Notes under the pieces: generated by a model
Told to the model about the DNA's origin: nothing
Database searches by the model: none
Seen by the model: only the letters and a program-made list of their open reading frames with translations
DNA from: an uncultured Actinomycetes bacterium
GTDB taxonomy: Bacteria > Actinomycetota > Aquicultoria > Subteraquimicrobiales > CAMTWV01
DNA length: 64,000 nt
Direction: 5' to 3'
Assembly: GCA_947085535.1 (NCBI GenBank)
Contig: CAMTWV010000002.1
Location: 94,199-158,198 of the forward strand
In this document: positions 26,483 through 36,804 of the stretch, one piece after another
Position numbering within the stretch: the stretch's first letter is position 1
Layout: each line of letters opens with the position of its first letter
Program-made: the position numbers and the translations under genes

Positions 26483-27643
26483 TTAATTTTTTGAAATGGT
26501 TTTGATTATTTCTTTTGCTTTATTCCTTGCCCAGTTTCCAGCTTCTTTCAATGTTACAATGTTTTTGACTTCGAGAGGAGTATGTGCATTAAGAGTTTTC
26601 TCAATAATTTTACTGATATCGGTAAAATTAATCTGGTTGTTTAAAAGAGCAGCAACTGCCTCTTCATTGCTCGCGTTAAGGACAGCAGGATAAGTTTTTC
26701 CTTCTTTTCCAGCTTGAAGAGCATATTTAAGACATGGAAAGGTTTCCAAATCAGGTTTTTCAAAGGTGAGATTAGCTATTTCAATAAAATCTAAGGGCGG
26801 CAAAGGCGAAGACAATCTTTCTGGATAAGAAAGCGCATACTGAATGGGAATACGCATATCTGTTTGTCCAAGGTGTGCCTTAATGGAACCGTCTTTGAAT
26901 TCAATCATTGAATGAATAATGCTTTGTGGATGAATAAGCACCTCTATTTTGTCGTAGTCGATACCAAAGAGAAAATGAGCCTCAATTACCTCCAAACCTT
27001 TATTCATCAGTGTGGCTGAGTCAATTGATATTTTCTTGCCCATTCTCCAGCGAGGATGCACAAGTGCTTCTTCGACTGTAACCTTTTTAAGTTCGTTATT
27101 TTTTTTGCCTCGAAAGGGTCCGCCTGAACCCGTGATAATTAAACGAGAAATATCTTCCTTTCTTTCTCCAATCAGGCACTGAAAAATAGCATTATGCTCA
27201 CTGTCAATGGGAATTATTTGTGCGTTTTTTGCTCGTGCAACCTTTATAACAATTTCTCCTCCGACCACCAAAGATTCTTTATTGGCTAAAGCAAGAACTT
27301 TGCCAGATTCAAGAGCAGCAATGGTTGCATCAAGTCCAATTGAACCGACTAAAGCATTAACAACCACATCATTTTCTTTAAGAGAGGAAAGTTCAACTAA
27401 TCCTTGCAAGCCAACAACGAGAGAAATTTTTTCAGGAATGATATCTCGAATTTTTTGAGCTGCTTCTAAATCTACAACACCAATAAATTTTGGTTTGAAT
27501 TGTTTTATCTGGCTTATCAAAAGTTCAATATTTTTATGAGTCGATAGGGCAATGACCTTAAATTTATCAGGATTTTGTGAAACTACTTCAAGAGTTTGTT
27601 TTCCTATCGAACCTGTTGAGCCAAGAATTGAAAAATTTTTCAC
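26483..27643 (-). CDS. dxr: 1-deoxy-D-xylulose 5-phosphate reductoisomerase
   Basis: 386 aa. GSTGSIG, LANKESLV and IPIDSEHNAIFQC motifs. Confidence 0.96.
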   Translation of the reverse strand: MKNFSILGSTGSIGKQTLEVVSQNPDKFKVIALSTHKNIELLISQIKQFKPKFIGVVDLEAAQKIRDIIPEKISLVVGLQGLVELSSLKENDVVVNALVGSIGLDATIAALESGKVLALANKESLVVGGEIVIKVARAKNAQIIPIDSEHNAIFQCLIGERKEDISRLIITGSGGPFRGKKNNELKKVTVEEALVHPRWRMGKKISIDSATLMNKGLEVIEAHFLFGIDYDKIEVLIHPQSIIHSMIEFKDGSIKAHLGQTDMRIPIQYALSYPERLSSPLPPLDFIEIANLTFEKPDLETFPCLKYALQAGKEGKTYPAVLNASNEEAVAALLNNQINFTDISKIIEKTLNAHTPLEVKNIVTLKEAGNWARNKAKEIIKTISKN

Positions 27644-27649
27644 TCAAGC

Positions 27650-28522
27650 TCACCCGATTATGAGTTTAAGAATGTAATATGCGGCTGGCGCAGCGAACAA
27701 TAGACTATCAAATCTATCTAAAATACCACCGTGACCAGGCAGAATGAAACCTGTATCCTTAACTTTCATTTCGCGCTTAAGGCGCGATTCAGCCAGGTCG
27801 CCAACAGGCGCAGCGATGCCAAGAATAAACCCAACTAAAAATCCCCAGAGGATGCCTTTTAAAGAATGGAAGGGTTTTACCAGTAAAAAATAGAGAAGCC
27901 CTGAAATGAGCGCACTTGAAATGAGACCTGCCAATGTGCCTTCCCATGTTTTATTTGGGCTGATTGACGGCAAAAATTTCTTTTTTCCTTTCCAAATGCC
28001 ATAACCATAAGCAGCAGAATCAGAAATCCAAACGGTTATAAGAGTAATTAAGGCAAGTACAGCGCCATATTTTTCAATGCCTCTGATTAAAATGAGATGG
28101 CTAAGGAGAAAAGCCACATATAAATCGGCGTAGATGGTGATACCAAAATCAGACACGGTAAAAGTTTTTGGGGTAAATACTTCCCAGAAAAGCGAGAGAA
28201 AAATAGTTGTCAATAAAGCAGTAGCTAAACCTACGCCTCCTCCAACATAGGCGCCTGTGCAGAGAAGGATGCCGCTAAACATGCCGAAAAGTATGTTGGG
28301 ATTCATACCGCGGAAGCGGACCAGCGAATAAAATTCATCAAGACCAATTAAAACAATGGCGGTGATTAAAAGGTAAAAAGTAAAATGACTTAAAAATAAA
28401 AAGAACAGCATTAAAGGAACACCAATTACTGCTACCAGAATTCGCTGTTTTAACATTGTTTCGTTTTGCTTAAGTTCTTCAGTCAATAGCTCCAAACCGC
28501 CTTTTTCTTTGCTGAAATTCAT
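27650..28522 (-). CDS. cdsA: Phosphatidate cytidylyltransferase
   Basis: Polytopic protein with the C-terminal signature SRLKREMKVKDTGFILPGHGGILDRFDS. The start is uncertain: 28522 overlaps uppS by 44 nt, and the alternative ATG at 28454-28456 gives MLKQRIL. Confidence 0.9.
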   Translation of the reverse strand: MNFSKEKGGLELLTEELKQNETMLKQRILVAVIGVPLMLFFLFLSHFTFYLLITAIVLIGLDEFYSLVRFRGMNPNILFGMFSGILLCTGAYVGGGVGLATALLTTIFLSLFWEVFTPKTFTVSDFGITIYADLYVAFLLSHLILIRGIEKYGAVLALITLITVWISDSAAYGYGIWKGKKKFLPSISPNKTWEGTLAGLISSALISGLLYFLLVKPFHSLKGILWGFLVGFILGIAAPVGDLAESRLKREMKVKDTGFILPGHGGILDRFDSLLFAAPAAYYILKLIIG

Positions 28523-29261
28523 AAATAGCTTTAAAAAATTCTAGTCGAGAAAAATCAGGCCAGAGAGTCTCAGTTACCCAGAGTTCAGAATAAGTTGATT
28601 GCCAGGGCAAGAAATTACTTAAACGCATCTCCCCACTTGTCCTGATTAAAAGCTCAGGATCGGGCATGCCTGCTGTATAAAGGTAATTTGCCACGGTTTC
28701 GGGTGTAATTAAGTCAGGGCTTAAGTTCTTTAATAATACCTCTCTGACTATTTTTTTAACCGCCTCAGTTATTTCTTGTCTGCCCCCATAGTTTAAAGCT
28801 AAGTTTAAAACCAACCCTGTATTATTTGAAGTTGCCTTAATGCTATTTTCGAAGCATTTCTTGGTCGAATCAGGAAGTTCTTCAAGATGCCCTAATACAT
28901 TCAACCTTACATTATTTTCACTAAGTTCACCCAACTCTTCTTTAAGCGTATTTTTAAAAAGACTCATTAAGCTTGAAACTTCCTTTTTTGGTCTTTTCCA
29001 ATTTTCAGTTGAGAATGTGTAAAGCGTTAGGTATTTAATTTTAATTTCGGCTGCGGCCTTCACAATTTCACGAGTAGCTTTAACACCTGCGTGATGACCA
29101 ACAATTCGAGGCAACCCCTTTTTCTTTGCCCACCGTCCGTTTCCATCCATTATTATGGCAATGTGCCGAGGGAGCTTATCGAAATTGATTTTTTTTAAAA
29201 AAAAATCCTCACTTTCCTCTTTATGAGTTTTACGAAGACGTTCTCTATTTTTACTGGGCAC
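28479..29261 (-). CDS. uppS: Undecaprenyl diphosphate synthase
   Basis: 260 aa. IIMDGNGRWA and RTSGEMRLSNFLPWQ motifs. Confidence 0.94.
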   Translation of the reverse strand: MPSKNRERLRKTHKEESEDFFLKKINFDKLPRHIAIIMDGNGRWAKKKGLPRIVGHHAGVKATREIVKAAAEIKIKYLTLYTFSTENWKRPKKEVSSLMSLFKNTLKEELGELSENNVRLNVLGHLEELPDSTKKCFENSIKATSNNTGLVLNLALNYGGRQEITEAVKKIVREVLLKNLSPDLITPETVANYLYTAGMPDPELLIRTSGEMRLSNFLPWQSTYSELWVTETLWPDFSRLEFFKAIYEFQQRKRRFGAID

Positions 29262-29274
29262 TTTATTGGCTCAC

Positions 29275-29832
29275 CTATATTTCCATTATTTCTTTTTCTT
29301 TAGCTGCCAAAAGTTCATCAATTTCATGAATATTTTTGTCAGTCAATTTTTGAATTCTTTCTTGAGTGCGAAGTAGTTCATCCTCAGAAATTTTCTTTTC
29401 TTTTTCTTCATTTTTGAGTATGTCATTTGTGTGTCTTCTGATATTTCTAATAGCAACCCTTCCCTCTTCTGCGTATTTTTTAGCGATTTTAGCGAGTTCT
29501 TTTCTTCGTTCTTCAGTTAGTGGTGGTATTGGTAATCTAATGACATTACCGTCGTTTGTGGGAGTTATTCCTAAATCAGACTGCTGAATTGCCTTTTCAA
29601 TATTTCTTAAAATTGATTTGTCCCAGGGCTGGATGACTAATAACTGTGGTTCAGGAGATAGGATGGTTGCCACCTGGTTTACCGGCATTTTTGCTCCGTA
29701 ACAATCAACAAAAATTCTGTCGAGAAGACTGGCTGAAGCCCTACTTGTTCTTAGTCCTTTAAACTCCTCAACCATAGTTAAAACAGCTTTTTTCATATGT
29801 TCTTCAGCATCTTTAACAATAGTTTCAGTCAT
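29275..29832 (-). CDS. frr: Ribosome recycling factor
   Basis: 185 aa. Typical RRF sequence (GLRTSRASASLLD, VRLPIPPLTEERRKEL). Confidence 0.96.
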   Translation of the reverse strand: MTETIVKDAEEHMKKAVLTMVEEFKGLRTSRASASLLDRIFVDCYGAKMPVNQVATILSPEPQLLVIQPWDKSILRNIEKAIQQSDLGITPTNDGNVIRLPIPPLTEERRKELAKIAKKYAEEGRVAIRNIRRHTNDILKNEEKEKKISEDELLRTQERIQKLTDKNIHEIDELLAAKEKEIMEI

Positions 29833-29837
29833 TTTCC

Positions 29838-30566
<729 letters not shown>

Positions 30567-30570
30567 CTAA

Positions 30571-31170
30571 TTAAATAGTCACGCCTAATTCGTAACGAAC
30601 GAATCGTCTGATAACAATATTTTCGCCGATTTTTGTAGCAATTTCACCCAGGTAATCTTCAATTTTAATATCAGGATTTTTAATGTAAGGTTGGTCAAAC
30701 AAACAAACTGACTGATAAAATTTTTCTATTCTTCCTTCAGCTATTTTTTCGATAACATGAAGGGGTTTTCTTTCCTCAAACCCTTGAGCTTTGTAAATTT
30801 CAATTTCTTTTTCAATTACTTCCGGCGGCACATCGTCTCTTTTAATATAAAGGGAATTACTTGCTGCGATATGTAAAGCAATATTATGGACGAATTCTTT
30901 AAAGTCTTCGTTTCTTGCGACAAAATCTGTCTCACAGTTTACCTCAACCAGAACTCCGATTTTTCCGCCTGCGTGAACATATGAATCAATGAGTCCTTCT
31001 TTGGTGATTTTAGCGGCTCTTTTTTTAAGTTCAGCTAATCCCTTTTTTCTTAAAAGTTCAACCGCAGTTTCTATATCTCCCTTTGCTTCTTCAAGAGCTT
31101 TTTTGCAGTCCATAAATCCAGCTCCGGTGCGAACGCGTAAGTCTTTTACTAATGATGCGGATAACTCCAT
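30571..31170 (-). CDS. tsf: Elongation factor Ts
   Basis: 199 aa. LRVRTGAGFMDCKKAL UBA-like N-terminus. Confidence 0.96.
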   Translation of the reverse strand: MELSASLVKDLRVRTGAGFMDCKKALEEAKGDIETAVELLRKKGLAELKKRAAKITKEGLIDSYVHAGGKIGVLVEVNCETDFVARNEDFKEFVHNIALHIAASNSLYIKRDDVPPEVIEKEIEIYKAQGFEERKPLHVIEKIAEGRIEKFYQSVCLFDQPYIKNPDIKIEDYLGEIATKIGENIVIRRFVRYELGVTI

Positions 31171-31202
31171 CTTTGCCTCCGTAATTAATTTAACTCTGGA
31201 AT

Positions 31203-31931
31203 TTAAGCTTTTTTAACTTCGACCATATCATCTGCTTCAGGTTTGATGCGGCTTTCTTTGCCTTCAAAGCAGGCGTTGGAAATGATTTTTGTAATTAAAG
31301 CTATGGCTCTTATGGCGTCATCATTACCAGGAATCACAACATCAACTTCGTCAGGGTCACAATTTGTGTCAATAATGGCAATAACCGGAATGTTTAACCT
31401 TCGGGCTTCTTTTATAGCGATTTCTTCCTTTTTTGAATCGACCACAAAAATAGCCGCAGGAAGTTTAGTCAAATTTTTCATGCCGCCAAAGTTCTTTTCC
31501 AATTTTTCTTTTTCTTTAAGGAGTGCTTGCGCTTCTTTCTTGAGTAGTTTCTGAAGTGTTCCATTGGCTTCCATAGCCTCAAGCTCTTTTAATCGCTTAA
31601 TTCTTGATTGAATTGTCTGAAAGTTGGTTAGTGTTCCACCCAACCATCGATTGTTTACGTACGGCATTTCACAGCGAGTAGCTTCTTCTTTTATGGCATC
31701 CTGAGCTTGTTTTTTAGTTCCGATAAATAAAATGTCACCGTTGGTGCTTACTGTGCTGCGAGTAAACTCATAAGATTTTTCGATTCCGACGAGAGTTTTT
31801 TGAAGGTCAAAGATGTGAATATCATTTCGCTTGGTGAAGATGTAATTCTTCATCTTGGGATTCCATCGGCGAGTTTGATGTCCGAAATGCACCCCCGCTT
31901 CCAAAAGCTGTTTCATTGAAACTACTGACAT
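31203..31931 (-). CDS. rpsB: 30S ribosomal protein S2
   Basis: [15 protein letters not shown] motif. Start moved to the ATG at 31929-31931 ([13 protein letters not shown]), with AAAGGAG upstream. The ORF track's 21-codon extension is not S2-like. Confidence 0.96.
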   Translation of the reverse strand: MSVVSMKQLLEAGVHFGHQTRRWNPKMKNYIFTKRNDIHIFDLQKTLVGIEKSYEFTRSTVSTNGDILFIGTKKQAQDAIKEEATRCEMPYVNNRWLGGTLTNFQTIQSRIKRLKELEAMEANGTLQKLLKKEAQALLKEKEKLEKNFGGMKNLTKLPAAIFVVDSKKEEIAIKEARRLNIPVIAIIDTNCDPDEVDVVIPGNDDAIRAIALITKIISNACFEGKESRIKPEADDMVEVKKA

Positions 31932-32084
31932 ATAGATTTTTTCTCCTTTTCTGGTTTTTTCCCGCCACCCGCTTCGATCTTTTCTTTGCCCCACTTTTGG
32001 CGAGGACCAGAAGAAAAGTCAGCGGATGTGAGTATTTAAAACGGTCAATAGTTTAGCATAGTCAGAAATTAACATCAATTATTT

Positions 32085-32870
32085 TTATTCCAGGACAGCC
32101 TGCGATTTTATTTTGCGAAGATATGTTTTTAACCTGAAAATAGCTTTAGTGTGAAGTTGGGAAACTCTCGATTCAGTTATGCCCATGATTTCCCCGATTT
32201 CTTTTAAAGTTAAACCTTCGTAGTAATAAAGTGCAACCACAATATTTTCTTTATCAGGGAGCCGTTCTATCGCTTTCATAAGAGATTCCTTAAGCTCTAA
32301 AAATTCAAAAACTTTAGAGGGGTCACGAGCAGTCACATCTTCAATTGTGTCAATTACGGCAATTTTGTCTTCCTTGTTTGTGTCAATTGTGTAAAGGTCT
32401 TCAAGTCCGGCTACACAGGAATGGCTTAGTTGAAACATTAAATTGTAAAGCTCATCCTGACTAACATTGAGCGCTTTGGCTAATTCTTCGTCTGTGGGAA
32501 TGCGTTTTAATTTTGCCTCTAAATCATTATAAGTTTTTTCCATTTCTCTTGATTTATGTCTGAGAGAGCGAGGCACCCAGTCCATAGCCCGAAGTTCGTC
32601 GATTATTGCTCCCTTAATTCGAGTTATTGCATAGTTCTCAAATTTGATATTTCGGGATGGGTCGAATTTTTCTATAGCATCGATTAAACCCAGGATGCCA
32701 TAACTAATTAAATCGGCAATCTCAATATTTGATGGGAGTTTGGAGTAAATTTTGCCTGCTACATATTTTACTAAAGGAGCATAATAAAGAATAAGTTTAT
32801 CGCGGGTCTCATTGGATTTGGCTTTTTTATATCCATCCCAGATTTTTTGGATTTCTGGTGCGGTTTCTAT
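32085..32870 (-). CDS. FliA/SigD/WhiG-type (sigma-28) RNA polymerase sigma factor; start codon non-canonical or gene decaying
   Basis: The ORF track gives only 166 aa from the ATG at 32585 (regions 3-4). The same frame stays open upstream to 32951 and encodes a clear region 2 (KLILYYAPLVKYVAGKIY..ADLISYGILGLIDAIEKFDPSRNIKFENYAITRIKGAIIDELRAMDWVPRSLR). There is no in-frame ATG/GTG/TTG in that stretch. AGGAGG at 32880-32885 lies 9 nt upstream of ATA at 32868-32870. Confidence 0.7.
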   Translation of the reverse strand: METAPEIQKIWDGYKKAKSNETRDKLILYYAPLVKYVAGKIYSKLPSNIEIADLISYGILGLIDAIEKFDPSRNIKFENYAITRIKGAIIDELRAMDWVPRSLRHKSREMEKTYNDLEAKLKRIPTDEELAKALNVSQDELYNLMFQLSHSCVAGLEDLYTIDTNKEDKIAVIDTIEDVTARDPSKVFEFLELKESLMKAIERLPDKENIVVALYYYEGLTLKEIGEIMGITESRVSQLHTKAIFRLKTYLRKIKSQAVLE

Positions 32871-32905
32871 TTTTACTCTCCTCCTACTTGTTCTTTTAAT
32901 TAAAC

Positions 32906-33814
32906 CTAAGCACGTGGGTGAGTTTGTTGATAAATTTCTTTTAACTTTGTTTTACTTAAATGAGTATAAACTTGGGTTGAGGATAAATCAATGTGCCCTA
33001 AAAGCTCTTGAACAGACCTTAAGTCAGCTCCACGCTCAAGCAAATGGGTGGCAAAAGTGTGTCTTAAAAGGTGAGGAAAAATTTTAAGGTCACTGCCTAT
33101 TTTTTTAATGTACTTATCCAAGCAAGCTCGAATTGCTCTTTGAGTGAGTCGTTCGCCGTCTTTATTTAAAAATAAGGCTTTTTCAGTTTTTGCTCGTTCG
33201 GGGTGTTTTGAAAGAAGTTTTTTTCGTCCGTTTGCAATGTAGACTTGAATTGACTCGAGGGCTTTTCTGTTTAAAGGAAGGATTCTTTCTTTTCTTCCCT
33301 TTCCGACAACCTTAATTTCGCCTTGAGCAAAATTAACCTCGTTTATATCCATGTTTGTAAGCTCACCAACACGTATGCCTGCGCCATAAAGTGTTTCAAT
33401 CATTGCTTTGTCTCTTTGTCCTAATGGGGTGGTTTCATCAGGTGCAGATATCAATCGTTCTATGAAATCGACTTTTAAAATGCGAGGCAGTCTTTTTTCG
33501 ATTTTAGGAGAAGAAAGCATTGTAGTGGGATTTGTTTTAAGCTGGCTGGTTTTTTTAAGATAAGCGAAGAATGTTCTTAAAGCAGCTATTTTCCTAGCGA
33601 TGCTTGTTTTGCTGTACTTTAAAGTTTGAAGATAAGCAAGATATTGACGAAGAAGATTATAATTGACGTTTGAAAGCTTAATCCTGCTACGCTCGAGAAA
33701 AGTCAAAAATTGAGTTATGTCAAATTTGTATGCCTCAATGGTGTTTAAAGAGAAATTTCTCTCGGAAGATAGATACATTAAAAACTTTTTTAAAGCGTCC
33801 TTTGCTTGTGCCAT
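32906..33814 (-). CDS. xerC: Tyrosine recombinase XerC/XerD (CodV-like)
   Basis: 302 aa. N-terminal SAM-like domain, catalytic HLLRHTFATHLL and LGHIDLSSTQVYTH motifs. Confidence 0.9.
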   Translation of the reverse strand: MAQAKDALKKFLMYLSSERNFSLNTIEAYKFDITQFLTFLERSRIKLSNVNYNLLRQYLAYLQTLKYSKTSIARKIAALRTFFAYLKKTSQLKTNPTTMLSSPKIEKRLPRILKVDFIERLISAPDETTPLGQRDKAMIETLYGAGIRVGELTNMDINEVNFAQGEIKVVGKGRKERILPLNRKALESIQVYIANGRKKLLSKHPERAKTEKALFLNKDGERLTQRAIRACLDKYIKKIGSDLKIFPHLLRHTFATHLLERGADLRSVQELLGHIDLSSTQVYTHLSKTKLKEIYQQTHPRA

Positions 33815-33820
33815 TAATTT

Positions 33821-34912
33821 TTATCGTAACCTGATATAGTTTTTACCGATGTCTTGCTTAACATAACCTTTTAGTTCTAAAATCGTTAAGCAGCCAATAA
33901 CTGTTGCAATATCTAAGTTAATAAGCTGACTTATTTTATCTATGTGTACAGTTTCCCACCCAATAGTTTCAATTATCTGTTTTTCGAGATGAGAAAGCCC
34001 TTCTTCGCTTTCTTTCTTTTCCAGCTTCTTTGTCCGAAAAAGATTAAGAATACTAAGAATATCGTTAGCATTTTCAACAAGATAAGCACCTTGTTTAAGC
34101 AAATTATGAACTCCTTTACTTAAACTGCTTTTGATGTGACCTGGAACTGCCATTACATCTCGTCCTTGTTCGAGAGCAAAATCGGCTGTAATTAAGGCGC
34201 CGCTTTTTTCTGACGCCTCGATAACAATAACGCCCAGAGAAAGCCCACTAATAATTCGGTTTCGGGCAGGAAAGTTTGATTTAAACGGTGGTGTCCCTAA
34301 AGGATATTCTGAGATGAGAGCACCATGTTCTTCAATTTTTTCAAAAAGTCTTCGATTTTCGGGTGGGTAAATAATGTTTAAGCCGCAGCCAACAACTCCA
34401 ATAGTGCTGCCAACTTCCGATACTGCTCCTGTATGAGCAGCTGAATCGATTCCTCGAGCAAGACCACTTACAATTGTTATTCCGCATTTTGATAAATCAC
34501 GGGCTAATTCTTGAGCAAAAGTTTGTCCAGATAGACTGGCTCGACGGGCACCAACAATTGCCACACAGGTTGGAAAATTGGAGAGCGAATGTCCTTTAAT
34601 AAACAAAACCGAAGGAGGACTTGCTATCTCGCGAAGCAAAGGTGGATAGTCAATATCATCCATGGTTAATATTTTAATATTATAGGAAGAAAGTTTTTTA
34701 AACTCTTTATCGAGGTCAATTTTTGCCTGTTTTTCTTTAATTTTTTGAGCTGTTTTTTCAATGACAATCCCTGAATCGATAAGTTCTTTAAGTGAGACAT
34801 TCCAGATGTTTTCAGGAGTTTTAAAATGAGTGAGCAAATACCTTTCTCTGGTTGAAAATTCGCTTATTAATTTTAGTCCGAGCCAGAATTTCTTGTCTGA
34901 CAAATAGTTCAC
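33821..34912 (-). CDS. dprA: DNA processing protein DprA
   Basis: 363 aa. Rossmann-like core with GLARGIDSAAH and a C-terminal winged-helix domain. Confidence 0.92.
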   Translation of the reverse strand: MNYLSDKKFWLGLKLISEFSTRERYLLTHFKTPENIWNVSLKELIDSGIVIEKTAQKIKEKQAKIDLDKEFKKLSSYNIKILTMDDIDYPPLLREIASPPSVLFIKGHSLSNFPTCVAIVGARRASLSGQTFAQELARDLSKCGITIVSGLARGIDSAAHTGAVSEVGSTIGVVGCGLNIIYPPENRRLFEKIEEHGALISEYPLGTPPFKSNFPARNRIISGLSLGVIVIEASEKSGALITADFALEQGRDVMAVPGHIKSSLSKGVHNLLKQGAYLVENANDILSILNLFRTKKLEKKESEEGLSHLEKQIIETIGWETVHIDKISQLINLDIATVIGCLTILELKGYVKQDIGKNYIRLR

Positions 34913-34928
34913 CCTACGGGTCGTAGAC

Positions 34929-36449
34929 CTATTTTAAACTCGTTCTATACTGAATAGCTTCAGCAATATGTCCTAACTCGATATTTTCTGAATTGACTAA
35001 ATCCGCAATGGTTCTTGCCACTTTTAAAATGCGGTCGTAAGCCCTCGCGCTTAAGGCAAACTTATCAACAGCATTTTCAAGAAGCGATTTAGCCGATGGC
35101 GAAAGAGAACAAAATTCCTTAATCTCTTTTGCTCTCATTTGCGCATTCAAAACAATATTTCTTTCATAGAATCTCTCTTGCTGTTTTATTCTTGCCTTCT
35201 GGATTCTTTCTTTTATTGAACTTGATGGCTCACCGCTAAGATTTCCAGAGAGCTCTTCTTTGGTGAGTCGAGGCACCTCAACACAGATATCCATTCTGTC
35301 CATAAGTGGTCCAGAAATCTTATTTCTGTATTGCTGAACTTTTATTGGCGTGCAAACACATTCTTTTAATCGGTCGCCTGAGTGGCCACAAGGACAAGGG
35401 TTCATTGCTGCGATGAGGACAAATTTACTTGGATAAGTAAGTGCTGTAGAAGCTCTTGAAATGGTTACATAACCATCTTCTAAAGGTTGTCTGAGAACTT
35501 GAAGAACACTTTTGCTAAATTCAGGAAATTCGTCTAAAAATAAAACACCGTTATGACTGAGCGAAATTTCACCCGGTTTAGGAAAGTGACCACCGCCCAC
35601 AAGACCAGCATAAGAAATTGTGTGATGAGGGGATCTGAATGGTCGGGTTAAAATTAGAGATGTATTGGAAGCCAGAATTCCAGCAACGCTGTAAACTTTA
35701 GTTGTTTCTATTGCTTCGTTTAAAGTCAAATCAGGAAGTATTGTTGGAATTCGGCGAGCAAGCATTGTTTTACCCGAGCCAGGAGGTCCAATCATTAAGA
35801 CATTGTGGCCACCTGCGGTGGCAACTTCGAGTGCCCTTTTAGCATGTTCCTGCCCTTTAATATCAGAGAAATCGATACCAAAATCAGTATTCGAGGTAAA
35901 AATACTCTTTAAATCAGTTTTTTGAGGTTCAATGATTATTTTATCATTTAAAAAATCAACTACTTCTCTTAGTGTTTTTACTGGAATGACTTTAACGCCA
36001 TCTACTATTGCGGCTTCTCTTGCATTATCAAAAGGGATAATGATTCCCTCTTTTTTCTCATTTTTGGCGCAAATAGCTAAAGAAATAGCCCCGTTAACCC
36101 TTCTTATTTCACCATTTAGAGAAAGCTCGCCAACAATTAAGTATTTTTTAAGGTTATGGTGAGAAATAACTTTAAATGCAGCCAGTGAAGCTAAGGCAAT
36201 AGGTAAATCAAAAGAAGGTCCTTCTTTTTTAATGTCAGCCGGAGCTAAATTTATTGTGATACGCTTTAAGGGAAACTCAAACTCGGAATTACGAATGCTG
36301 GACCTGACTCTTTCTCTTGATTCCTGAACGACTGTATCAGGAAGTCCAACAATGTTAAAAGCAGGTAAGCCCGTTGAAATATCAGCCTCAACCTCTACTT
36401 TTATAGCTTCCAGTCCGTAAAGTGTAGCGCTTTCTAATTTAGCAATCAA
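34929..36449 (-). CDS. comM: Mg-chelatase-like AAA+ protein YifB/ComM
   Basis: 506 aa. Lon-like N-terminus, Walker A GPPGSGKTMLA, Walker B LFLDEFPEF, and an inserted CPCG zinc motif. Confidence 0.9.
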   Translation of the reverse strand: MIAKLESATLYGLEAIKVEVEADISTGLPAFNIVGLPDTVVQESRERVRSSIRNSEFEFPLKRITINLAPADIKKEGPSFDLPIALASLAAFKVISHHNLKKYLIVGELSLNGEIRRVNGAISLAICAKNEKKEGIIIPFDNAREAAIVDGVKVIPVKTLREVVDFLNDKIIIEPQKTDLKSIFTSNTDFGIDFSDIKGQEHAKRALEVATAGGHNVLMIGPPGSGKTMLARRIPTILPDLTLNEAIETTKVYSVAGILASNTSLILTRPFRSPHHTISYAGLVGGGHFPKPGEISLSHNGVLFLDEFPEFSKSVLQVLRQPLEDGYVTISRASTALTYPSKFVLIAAMNPCPCGHSGDRLKECVCTPIKVQQYRNKISGPLMDRMDICVEVPRLTKEELSGNLSGEPSSSIKERIQKARIKQQERFYERNIVLNAQMRAKEIKEFCSLSPSAKSLLENAVDKFALSARAYDRILKVARTIADLVNSENIELGHIAEAIQYRTSLK

Positions 36450-36459
36450 ATTGCTCCTC

Positions 36460-36801
36460 CTAAAAAGCGTTTTCTATGTGAATAATCTCTGTTCTATCTT
36501 CATTGACAAGAATTCCTATAACGTCAAATCTGAATGATTCCGCTTGAGGCTTGTGGAAAGCAATAAAAGAATCAGCAAGTTTTTTTAATCTTTTCTGTTT
36601 TGAAATATTGACAGCCTCAAATGGTTCGCCATATTTTTTATTGGACCTTGTTTTTACTTCAACAAAGACAAGAGTCTTTTTATTAAAAGCAATTATATCA
36701 ATTTCACCAAATTTTAAGCGATAATTTCTTTCAAAAATTTTAAAACCTTTTTTGAGAAGAAGCTGGCAGGCGAGGTCTTCGCCTTGAGATTTGAGTGGCA
36801 T
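36460..36801 (-). CDS. yraN: YraN-family (UPF0102) endonuclease-like protein
   Basis: 113 aa. GEIDIIA...VFVEVKTR pattern, located next to rnhB. Confidence 0.85.
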   Translation of the reverse strand: MPLKSQGEDLACQLLLKKGFKIFERNYRLKFGEIDIIAFNKKTLVFVEVKTRSNKKYGEPFEAVNISKQKRLKKLADSFIAFHKPQAESFRFDVIGILVNEDRTEIIHIENAF

Positions 36802-36804
36802 AGC

